Assembly (NCBI GenBank): GCA_964199315.1
Contig: OZ116706.1
Location: 1,302,001-1,366,000 of the forward strand
Source of the DNA: Orbicella franksi
Taxonomy: Eukaryota
DNA: 64,000 nt
Direction of reading: 5' to 3'
In this document: positions 12,701-23,100 of the stretch, in pieces
Layout: every line of letters starts with the position of its first letter
Numbering within the stretch: position 1 is the stretch's first letter
The notes under the pieces: generated by a model
What the model saw: only the letters and a program-made list of their open reading frames with translations
What the model was told of the DNA's origin: nothing
Databases searched by the model: none
Made by a program: the position numbers and the translations under genes

Positions 12701-15700
12701 ACTGTATAACCCTATAGTGGTCCCCTAGGACATCGTTTGGTAGATGACAAGGTCTGCTGGAAATTCAGGGAACTCTACCAACCATGATGGCGACACCGAT
12801 GACAACGATAAAAAAAATTCTCGCTACTAAACTTGAATGTGTTTAGCGTCTTGTTTCAGAAGTGACCCCCTCACTGTTGAATTGGAAAAAACAATTTGGT
12901 CATTTCACATGTTGAATGTAGAACAAACATGTTAAGCGAAGACTCTGCTCCTTCTGTTTGAGAGCGTTTTCAATGCTGTTGAAATTATGTTTACCAAAAT
13001 TTGACGTTCGGTGACAGAAGTCACTGCCAACCTCAGTCAAAACAAATCTTTACTCGTACGAAGCATGGCGCTTCTGTTCATTTGATCTATTAATTTTTCC
13101 CTTTTTAGGTCATAGGAGCCTTCATTGGTTCAGAAAGGACCTGAGACTTCACGACAATCCCAGCCTGCGTGAATGTCTCGCAGACAGCAAGGTGTTTTAC
13201 GGAGTGTACTTCTTGGAGTGTTCTGCTGAAGATAAGATGACTGTCAGCCCAAACCGCTGGCATTTCCTGCTTCAGTCACTTCAAGACCTCGACAGGGGTC
13301 TTGCTCAGTGTGGTTCACGTCTTTTTGTGCTGAAGGGAAGACCTATGGACATGCTGCCTTCACTTTTTAAAGAGTGGGGCATCACTCGGCTGTCGTTCGA
13401 GGTTGATTGTGAGCCATTTAGGAAGAGCAGGGATGCGGTCATCACTGGTCTTACTAAACAAAGTGGAGTTGAAGTGATCAGCCGTGTTTCACACACTCTT
13501 TATGATGCTGAAGTGCTGTTGATGTCAACTGAGGGAAGAGCACCACAAGTGTTTGATGAGTTTATGGAGGTTGCATTGCAGCTAGGAAGGCCACAGATGC
13601 CGGCACCAAGGGTCAATAGACAGCTGTTTGGCTCCTGTTTGACTCCTGTAGCGAGAGACCATAACCAACAATACGGAGTACCTACCGTGGAGGAGATAGG
13701 CTTCCAAAAACCAGCTGCTACCGGCTCTTGGTTTTACCCAGGTGGGGAGCAGGAGGCTTTAACGAGAATGGAAGCAGCTTTGCAAAAGGTATTACTCCTT
13801 TTGCTATGCATATCCCTGTAGTTTGTAATTTAGGTGCAATACTCCTTGCACAGCCTTGCATGCATTTGACATTCTTTTCTTTTGAGAAGTGTGCCCAACG
13901 GAGTTCAGAACAATCTCTGTTTTGCAAAGGGAGGAAATAACGTGTAAGACAAACAACAAGGAAAAAAATAAGTGTTACTCCATCTTTTTTTAGTCATTAT
14001 GAAAAAGCTTCTAATAAGGGATGTTGTACCTGTAGGAATTGTCTGTACGTCACGTATTATACGGTAACTGCAAAAATTCTCGCGTGCTAATTGGAGCTAA
14101 TTGGAGCTAATTGGCGAATTTTCAATGTCAATAAGCGGACAGACGATAACGATGTTGTTATAGTAAAAACCAAATTGACTTCAATTTTTCATGCGTCTGT
14201 CCTGTCATTGTCGATGAATTTCGTCACAGCATTGTCAAAGTAGCTGTGGATTTACGAGGCGATAGCCGAGTCAACACATTGTTTTGACGAAATTCATGAT
14301 CAATAACAGGACGGACGCAAGAAAAAGGGACGTCAATTTGTCAATTTCCGATGACTGTAAGCAAGAGCTATCAGCCAGTAAACTATGCTTAAAAATGGAC
14401 GTGGAACTACTAGATAAGGCTAAAGCTTTCTATCAGATTGACTCTTTGTGTCTTGTAGTGAATTATTTTATTGATCCCACAGATGAAAGAGAACGATTTT
14501 TGCGATTCGCCATTAACTGCAAATTCTCTGATGCCGTCGGCAAGTCACTTGAGTCCTTACCTGAGGTTGGGCTGCCTCTCATCGCGGCTTCTTTACCAGA
14601 GAATGACTGAGGAATATATAAAGGTACACGGGAAGTCTTTTGCATGTTAATAATCCTGTAATGTGGTCTGCTTAGAGAAAAGTGTAATTGGATGTTTGCC
14701 AATGGACATATCACGTCAACAGGTGCTGCCCTTAGATAGGCACCCTATCAAGCTGTTACCAATTCCTTGAACATTTGTAAATTTCTTTGCAGAACAAGAC
14801 AGTGAATCCGCCTCCAGAGGTGTACAGTAAGCTCTTTTGGCGTGAGTTCTTTTTTCTTGTTGGAAGCCAGGTGCCAGGTGCGCATGAGATGGTCAACAAT
14901 TCACTAAGTCTTCAAATTCCTTGGGAAGATTCTCCAGAGTATCTTCACAAATGGAAACAGGTCAGTCTTGAAAGGAACCTCTTACCATACCGTAACGTAC
15001 ACAATTCTAGAAGAGTCCTAATGTCCTTCTTAGGCCTATGTTATGATATCTGTTTCGATTGTATGCTCTAGAATTTTTTATTTCATAGACCGTGTGACTT
15101 GAGGTAAATAGTCATTTTGTAAACCATAGATTTTGCAACAGATGGTTTGATACAAATATCTGTAATTTGTCAATATCGAGTATTCTGCTGGCGAGATGTA
15201 AGGAAACTATATTAGAGGAAGAATTAGATAACTAAATTGTCGGTGAGAAGTCCCTAGAACAATGACGCGGTGAGAAAAGGATCTGGAAAAGACACCAGAA
15301 ACTCTGGCTCAATTCTAAAACAAAAAGTTAGCCGACAATCATTTACATCGATTATTTTGAATAAATTAGAGACAGTCTAATGTATTTTAGAGTAATTTTT
15401 GTCTAGCTAGATTGTGTGGCATTATTTATAACTTATCTTATCCATACTATCATTACTGTTTATTTATTTAATTGTTAGAACCTGAAGTGATATCGGTTTT
15501 TCCGTTTAAATACTGAAAGAGAAACCCTATAAACACCACTAAGTTATCTGCTAAATTTGCCCCCTCCATGATACCATGAATATTTCCGTCATTTGTATAG
15601 GGGACCCTTACCGTGGAAAATGCATGTTCATACAAAATCTCATACAAAAGCGCAGTCATGTGTTTGTCTGTGAAGGCGCAGTGGCCTCATGGTTAGGAGG

Positions 15701-17259
15701 CTTGACTCCGGATCGAGCGGTCCAAGATCGAGCCCTGGCCGGGGACATTGTGTTGTGTTCTTGGGCAAGACAAACTTTACTCTCACAGTGCCTCTTCACC
15801 TAGGTGTACAAATGGGTACCGGCGAATTTAATGCTGGGGTAACCCTGCGATGGACTAGGATCCCATCCAGGGGGAGTAGAAATACTTCTAGTCGCTTGAT
15901 GCTACAGAAACCGGGATAAGCTCCGGCCTGATGGACCACTTAGCTTGTGTGCATAATTTACCTTTACCATGTGTTTGTCGCAGGGTATGACTGGTTTTCC
16001 TTGGATTGACGCTATTATGAGACAACTCCACTTAGAAGGATGGATTCATGACGTTGCCCGAAAGGCCGTTGGCTCATTCTTGACACGTGGTTGTCTTTGG
16101 ATTAGCTGGGAAGAAGGGTTTAAGGTCAGTTTTACTGAGTGGTCGCCAAGCAAAGTAGGTTGCAATGTGTGTTGATTAGCACTTAAGTGCTCTAGATAAA
16201 ATACTGGACGCTGAAATTTCAAAGGCTCTAGAGTAGCTTAAGCCAACATTGATGAACTTTCCTGAGTGGTACATTTATTTGTCAGGCAAGCCAAGAGTAT
16301 TTTGGTAGGTTATCTGACTTGTCCATTATGATCTATCTACTCTTGATTTCAGTAATGAATAGCCTATTTTTTGTTCATTGTAGGTTTTTGACGAGCTTCA
16401 GTTGGATGCAGAGTGGAGTCTGAATGTAGGCAACTGGCTTTGGCTGTCAGGAAGCACTTTTGTGAAAGAGCATGTGCCTTGGTTCTGCCCAGTGGATGTT
16501 GGGAAAAAGATTGATCCCACTGGTGAATATGTGAGGTTTGTTATTTTAATTCCACTTTTGCCCAGTTTGTACTTCATTCTTCTGCCAGCTTGCAAGTGAA
16601 GAGAGCTGGGGGATGTTTGATCTGCACTCCGAAGCCAGTGTACTATAAACAAGTTATGGGGAGTCTTCGCCTTTTCGTTGATGCTCTTTGTTTTCACCTC
16701 TCTCCTCTAGCCTAGCCACAATGTGATAATTCATCATTGACGTTTTTCTTCGGAATGCTTTTCGCCAAGGACTGTTGACCAGATTTGTTGCCCTATTGGT
16801 GCAGTTGGTCTGCTTTAAATTTTGTCGAGGAAGTAAGAACCAGTGAAAGAAATACGAAGACCTGTTAGTGATGAGAACAGTTGTCAGTGATGCCGCATGA
16901 TGGTCTAAACGTTCATTTTAGACTCGAAACATTCTATTAAATATACCGTCAATAAGGAGAAGAGTTTTGGCTCGTCTGTTAACTTTGGTCATAGTTTATT
17001 TCTTTCAAGTAGTACGCTGTTGCGACATCATTAACCCTCATTTCTTTAATTTTGTTCCAGAAAATATGTCCCAGAGGTAAGAAACCTTCCCACAAACTAC
17101 ATTTTTGAACCGTGGATGGCACCACGTGATCTCCAAGAGTCTTGCGGCTGTGTGATTGGTCAAGATTATCCTGCCCCACTTGTTGATCACAGGCAGCAAC
17201 GCGTTGTGTGTGTGCAGCGGCTCCGCGACCTCGCTTTCAAATTATCTGCTACCAAGTGA
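101..17259 (+). CDS. cry: Multi-module (tandem PHR) cryptochrome / (6-4)photolyase-family protein; one spliced ORF of at least 6 modules, 5' end outside the window
   Basis: Each module has the same six exons (a-f) with family motifs [15 protein letters not shown](R)(F/L)GCLS, REFF, [10 protein letters not shown], [36 protein letters not shown] and DYP. Exon f ends in a phase-1 donor (CCTG|GTAAAT at 758, 3470, 6179, 8895; TTTG|GTACTT at 12110). Exon a starts at a phase-1 acceptor after a pyrimidine tract (TTGCAG|TG at 1208, 3933, 6634, 9352; TTTTAG|GT at 13109). The joins are therefore in frame. Spliced length in the window is 7968 nt = 2655 aa + TGA (17257-17259). Confidence 0.88.
1208..3470 (+). 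CDS. Cryptochrome module M2 (500 codons)
   Basis: Exons 1208-1905, 2151-2291, 2538-2705, 2813-2953, 3031-3182, 3271-3470 (698+141+168+141+152+200 = 1500 nt). All introns GT-AG; no internal stop seen. Confidence 0.92.
3933..6179 (+). CDS. Cryptochrome module M3 (500 codons)
   Basis: Exons 3933-4630, 4876-5016, 5247-5414, 5522-5662, 5740-5891, 5980-6179; same lengths and phases as M2. Confidence 0.92.
6634..8895 (+). CDS. Cryptochrome module M4 (500 codons)
   Basis: Exons 6634-7331, 7577-7717, 7964-8131, 8239-8379, 8457-8608, 8696-8895; same lengths and phases as M2. Confidence 0.92.
9352..12110 (+). CDS. Cryptochrome module M5 (498 codons; array-type exons a-e plus a divergent exon f)
   Basis: Exons 9352-10049, 10295-10435, 10666-10833, 10937-11077, 11155-11306, 11917-12110. 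Exon f encodes [65 protein letters not shown]. Confidence 0.9.
12321..12515. mobile_element. Palindromic MITE-like element in the M5-M6 intron
   Basis: Terminal inverted repeats TATATAAACAACAGCCTCCATTTG ... CAAATAGAAGCTATTGTTTATATA. Internal inverted pair GCGGACATTATCTGTTCC / GGAACAGACAATGTCCGC. Confidence 0.7.
13109..17259 (+). CDS. Cryptochrome module M6 (divergent terminal module, ~493 aa, no C-terminal tail)
   Basis: Exons 13109-13788, 14483-14623, 14793-14960, 15984-16124, 16384-16535, 17061-17259. Intron positions, phases and internal exon lengths (141/168/141/152) match the array. Starts [17 protein letters not shown] with no ATG and ends [17 protein letters not shown]. Confidence 0.92.
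14172..14339. repeat. Imperfect ~64-bp inverted repeat (MITE-like hairpin) in M6 intron a-b
   Basis: AAATTGACTTCAATTTTTCATGCGTCTGTCCTGTCATTG... pairs with ...CAATAACAGGACGGACGCAAGAAAAAGGGACGTCAATTT. Confidence 0.6.
15673..15950 (+). mobile_element. tRNA-derived SINE in M6 intron c-d
   Basis: Pol III A-box-like TGGCCTCATGGTTAG and degenerate B-box AGATCGAGCCC, followed by a core TTCTTGGGCAAGACAAACTTTACTCTCAC resembling SINE central domains. About 280 bp; ends ~35 nt before the exon d acceptor. Confidence 0.75.
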
Positions 17260-18456
17260 TTGTTCCACGAAGCTGACATTAACATGGGACTTCTTCCCCT
17301 TGTCCCTACCTAATCCGGCCACATCTCAGTTTGTTCAGTAGTATTTGCTATATAGTTTGTCTATATGCGGAAAAAGTTAAGAGTAAGTGGTAACGATAGT
17401 TTGACGTAGCAATGACGTAATTCATCACTTGCCGCTCTACATCAACTACGATTTGATATTTACTCAAGTATATGTTGCAACGTTGACTGTGCTGGATTCA
17501 TAGAATAGTATTTACAATACAATAAGATTTATTAGGTTCCCGAGAGTATCTTCATACCTAATTTACCTAAGTGTTGTCGTTACTCTGGTCGACAAAAGCT
17601 TAGTTTTCTTTTTCCTCCTACCCTTCTCTTAGGTTCAACAGGAATTTTCCGAGTTTCACGCCAAACGATATAATTAAAACTTGGCAGGAGAGGTTCTTAT
17701 AAAGAGAACTTATTTATCTCGGACGACACTTTGCTGTGACTTTGTAGAAACCGTTGCTTGTGGAGGGGGAAGGGGACGAGGAGGATCGGTGAAGGGCTTA
17801 GAGATTTGTTAAGACCACTTAGGTTATATGCGGTCGTTTGTTATTCAGATAATATTATCTTCAAGAAAGTAATCAACTTAACTAAGTTAAAAGAAGTGCT
17901 GGAATATATATTAATAAAAATGTGTAAATCAAATTTAAGGCAATAAAAGTACCGAAACTTGAAATACAATGTTGAGATTTCGAAATTCCTTCATTACCGT
18001 AGTCTACGAATGAATATGTCTTCATATCTTCTTGCCGTAAAGTCTGGTCTATGTGTGGTGGTAACTCCCCTTATTTTCAGATTTAGCAACCTTTTTTTTT
18101 TCCTTTGGAAGGTTCCTGTTCAAGAGATTGCTATTTTCGGGTCACTCAAACGTATCTTGTATATGAAAACACAACTGGTACACAATGTGAACAAAAACAT
18201 AACTGGTTTTGTTTATGGCAAACGTTTGACAGTTTTATAGTCAACCAAAAAGTTCACATTGAAAAGAATCAATGTCCAGACAACGTTTGCATCGTCCTTA
18301 GTATTTTTTTCTTTTCCACTTTAGAGGCTATTTATTAGACGCGTTAAATTTCCTACGGTTAAACATGCGTATGAGGTTGGAGCGGGGGGAGGGGGACGTT
18401 ACTCAGCGAGCTTTGCGGTACTCACTAGTGTAAAGGCACTGCTATGTTTTGATGGG

Positions 18457-19059
18457 TACCGTAGAATTCCGAAAGTAACGGCCCCCGTTACTTTCCGATT
18501 TAGCAGGCGAAAGGGGCCGCTACTTTCGGGTAGCCGTTACTTTCGGATGGTTAAAAAACGCTTTTACAGTAACAGTCGTTTCAGACAAAGCGGACACGTA
18601 ACACAAGAAATTAAACATTCCGTTAATGACCATTTATGTAGGTTTTCAACTACCCCCGTAAACAGAGCAGACTGTGTCGACAAAAAAGGCCCAAAACCGG
18701 TTTGTACTGTAGGACGAAAGTATAACGGAAGCATTATATCATAGTACAACTGATTACCCTACAGTATATCATTTGACTCTGCTGCTAGCCAAATACAGCT
18801 TATAAATTATAGTTTCAAGGAAAATTCAGTCACGTTAGGAATGAAATCACAGATAACTCTTCAAGTCATTGTTCAGTCATACATTCAGGCTGTTCCATCT
18901 GCATGACCCGCGCTTGAGAACAGAGACCGCCAAGTCTCGGGTGGACCGCTACTTTTGGGGGCACCGTTACTTTCGGGGTTCACTGAGGAAGGTTAAGAAA
19001 TTAACGTTTCGGGGAGCCGTTATTTTCGCAGGGGCCGGTACTTTCGGAATTTTACGGTA
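18457..19059. mobile_element. Non-autonomous Tc1/mariner-type DNA transposon (MITE)
   Basis: 29-bp TIRs TACCGTAGAATTCCGAAAGTAACGGCCCC / GGGGCCGGTACTTTCGGAATTTTACGGTA (2 mismatches), with TA at both termini as a possible target-site duplication. Several subterminal CCG(T/C)TACTTT(C/T)GG repeats; no transposase ORF. Confidence 0.75.
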
Positions 19060-20197
19060 TTCACCAGTTGTATAATGATGGATGAGTAGTCAAGAAGCGT
19101 TATCACTGTACTATTCTCTAAATTGTTGTCAAACTTCAACTCCTCTTGTCGTGAATTATGAATGACGTGCATCGCGACTACCGGAGGGGGGTGGGGGAGG
19201 GGCTCAACAGGTCCATTTTTACGGAGAAAGGTTAGCCTAAGCAAGGCGCAACTGCTATAAGACAAAGGAACCTCAAGCAAGTTTAAGCATGTTTTGTGTT
19301 TTGAAGACAAAAGCGCGAACTAAACAGGGTTAATCCGTGTTATCACTTTAGATAGAAGTGCTATCTGCTTGGATTCCATTTCGAATGCGGGATCATTTGT
19401 CAGCTCACTTACTTCGGTCGGTGGTTTCTCATCTAATCACGATGGTGAAGTGCGTAGTCATCCTACATGGCCTGCATCTCATTCATCTCTCCACGTATAC
19501 TTACGTTATCCGCATCTCATTTGACCCTCGACATATAACTACCTGGCCGTTCAGTTAATTCTGTGATAATCTCTTCATGTTAAACCAAGTGATCTGTTCT
19601 TGAACTGTAAAACTAGAGGGTGGTATGAGTTACTGCATTATTGATCATGTGCGAATTCACAGCAACGAGGGACGAATTTCTTGCTGAGCACGTTACAAGC
19701 CATGTTCTAAGGTAATCTTCACGTCCATCTTAGTGAATGGCAATAAAACATTGATTTATGTCTATATGAGGTATATAACAGCAAGAATTAGAGGCCATTT
19801 ATGATAAGCATTCTATTGACTCTATTTACAGATTTGGCGATCTGTTATTGGATTCTCTTCTTGCAGTTGGAAAATCTCCTGATCACTTTATCACTCATAG
19901 TTTACTTTCTGAATTTCCGTAATCTGATCGTTGTTATTTATATTGTTAATGCAGGTGTAGAAGACGTTTGTGTTAAAAGACAATATATTACAGGGCACTT
20001 TGTTTTACAGAATTTTGGCACAAAACTGCTGAGTTATTTGATTAGATGGCAATCTGTTTCAGCTAGCACCTTAACTGATAAAACTGCCTTTTGCCAAAAC
20101 ACGCGGGTGTACCCAAGGTGACGTCACGAAGGCCTTATTTTTATCAACATTATCTACATGGATACGTAAACTTGATGTGAACCAAACTGATCCAGTT

Positions 20198-23100
20198 TCA
20201 CCACAGTCTGCAGCGCTGCTCGGGATTCAAGGGGCTTCCTTTCGGACAGTTATACGCCTTGGCAAATTCTTCCATATTGGACAAAACACCATTTACCCTG
20301 AAAGTAACGAGTAACATCTGTCAAGCTCTAAAGACTCAAGTGTTCATGAAACATCAATTCTCCTCGCGGACCAAAATATACTTCTTTCAATGATAGTTAT
20401 GGGGGTTTGGCAGTAAAACAGGAGCGATTATCATGGCTCCTGATCCCATGGGCGCGCTTTAAACTGAGGAGCCAGGAAATGACTTACCTATAAATAGGTA
20501 AAGCGTGTGGATCAGCTTTAGCTCTCCTGAAGATCTGTGTGGGACTAAAATTACTGCACCACATCTGACAGGAAAAGAACCCAAAAAAACAGAAGTTGTG
20601 TCGATAGTAATAACTTTGATATTTCACACACTTGTTCGCAAAACCCACCTGAAGTATTTTATATTTCTACCCAATCAGGTCTTCTGGATTGCGTTATCGT
20701 CGTACACAAGCACAATATAACATTTTCAAAATGGCGACGATCATCTCTAACGGTTCTGTTAGAAGCGTTTTCAAATACAATCGGACCTCTTCTTACAGAC
20801 AACTCTATAAAAAGGAAACCTCCATATTACGGACAGTTGACTTGGTCCCAGCGTAACTAGAATTCATATACATTTGACCCTCTTTAGTACGGGCACCAAC
20901 CTGCCAACGGGCGACAACTGAGTGTCCGTTTTGTAGAGGTGTTTGCAATATAGAGGTAGAGGGTGTCCGTAAGGAGAGGTTCGACCTCTAGCTCTATATC
21001 GCGGACACCTCTCTCAGCTGTTGTCCTTTGGTGTCCGTACTAAAGATGATCGATTCTGTTTTCTTCGACCTTATGTTTTTAAGGATTTGTGTCTTTTTTA
21101 CTATAATCTTGCCAACTAGTGTAATTTTAACTTCGGCCAATCTGTGATCCCATGTGACTAGGAACCGAAAAATCTTTCAAAAGATTGACGTGATTTTAAA
21201 TGTTATTACTTGTGCATAACTCAGGAAGAACATCTGTTCACTAGATCTCTTCAGACCAGGCACCAGCTCCTCAACGCCACGTTCTCGCACCCAGTTTTTG
21301 TAAGCCTGTGAGAAAAAATGGCAATACTGAATAATATCTACTCATAACAAAACAAAACAAAACAACAGTCTGTTCCTACAATATTTTAAGTAATGTAAAA
21401 GTGTTCTTCTGCTCACCCTAAAGGCAATCTTGAGAGCTCCATTGTCGGCAATGTTCTCGGATAATGTTAGTCGACCGTCAACCTAAAGAGTTAGGATATT
21501 GATTTACTAGGTTTTACTTTAAACACTACATTGTTAGCATTTGCCACTTTTACTTGATTTAAAGATTCTTGCGCTTATGTAACATTTGTGTGACATGAAG
21601 CGACAACAACTGTCTGTACTATGTAGACATCGTGAACGCAATGCTAAGCCAATGTTCTACCAGTACGGTCTTCGCGTTAGGTTGACAATATGGATATATT
21701 TGTGGCTTGAGAGAAGCTCTGCGAGAGGGAAGTGTCAAAAAACTTTATTTCAGTGTCAAGGGAATTAAACATAACAATGAAGCAAGGCTGATAAATACGT
21801 GAAGAGCTTAACGGGACAACAACATGAGAGAGTCCAAACTGAAAGCCAAGAATTGCAACCCGCGTGGACAGCTGTTTCGACCTGGTTGGGTCTCGTCAGC
21901 ACGGTGTAGCATGCAGCAAGAAGTGAAGCAACCTACTGGCTGACCGATCCGGCGTCCATCAAATACACATGATAGTAATAAGCTCAGATGAGACTCAAAT
22001 CCAAATCTTTGCGGATTGGTCAATGTCACATGTAAAACGCGTGACAACGGACAATAGGCAAAGATCCAGAATATCATATCTTTGTCGCGGTAAGGAGACT
22101 GCGGACAGACAAAAACTGTGCCGCAGAAAATACATGGCCAGCATTATTGTTTGCGGTCTCTCGCATCATCGTATCAAGGGATTTAGCATTTCTGCTAACT
22201 GGGGACACGATAAGTTATTTACAATATCAAAATAAGTTAATTAGAATTAAATTTTATAATCTAAAAAAAAAAAAACAGTCTCTCTTCCGGCGCGCTGATC
22301 ATGAGCTTAGTACCACGCCTTCTTCAGTCAAGTCGGTAAATGATGAATAAAATTTCCCGTGGTTCACAGACTCTAGCCGCTAGCTCCACTATACGCGATA
22401 CGCTTCTCCTTACGTACAAATATCTTTCGGCCATACACATCTAGTGGGTATTCATTGTACTGGTCGACCAGGCATTGGGATCTGTTTTGGAATCCAGTTA
22501 ATGTGAAGTTGCTCCACCACGGCTTGCCGATCTCACCGTATTTATTAAAAAGACGACCTACAATGATGAGTTAACAAAGAAAGTCAATAGCAGCAGCTTT
22601 TAATAACAACGATATCAACAAACATGACAGATGATAACCACCTGATTTTAAAGATTTTTGAGATACATACCTCCTCATTTTATAAGCAAAACCCCCAAAC
22701 AATAGTAGTCCCCAATGCGGAAAACTTTTGTCTCTTTTGTCTCTTTTGAATCCAGCAAATAAAGCGGATAATTTCGGAAGCATCAAATGGCGCCTTTTTT
22801 TAAACAAAATTTCTCGTCAGTCTTTAGCCGGCGAAGGAAATTATTAGCTAGGGAAGGTTTGAATCGCTAACGCAGCCACTACAGCTATGCTGTTATATTC
22901 CTTACCGACGTTATCAAAGCCATGAGTAAGCTCGTGAGCCAAGACTATGCCAATTCCTCCAAAGTTCACTGCTCTGTGTATATGAACAAAGGTAAGTCTA
23001 TAGAGTAACGTTGCTGAAAACATCTTTTAGATAGCATTTAGGGTGCCCGCTAAATAATATGCCTCCAGTATTTAATGTGTATTTATTTATTTTAGTGTGA

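Noticed and set aside
14284-14610. 108-aa + strand ORF
   Set aside because: Begins in a hairpin repeat and overlaps M6 exon b in the wrong frame.
15576-15919. Two short + strand ORFs
   Set aside because: Derived from the SINE; no protein motifs.
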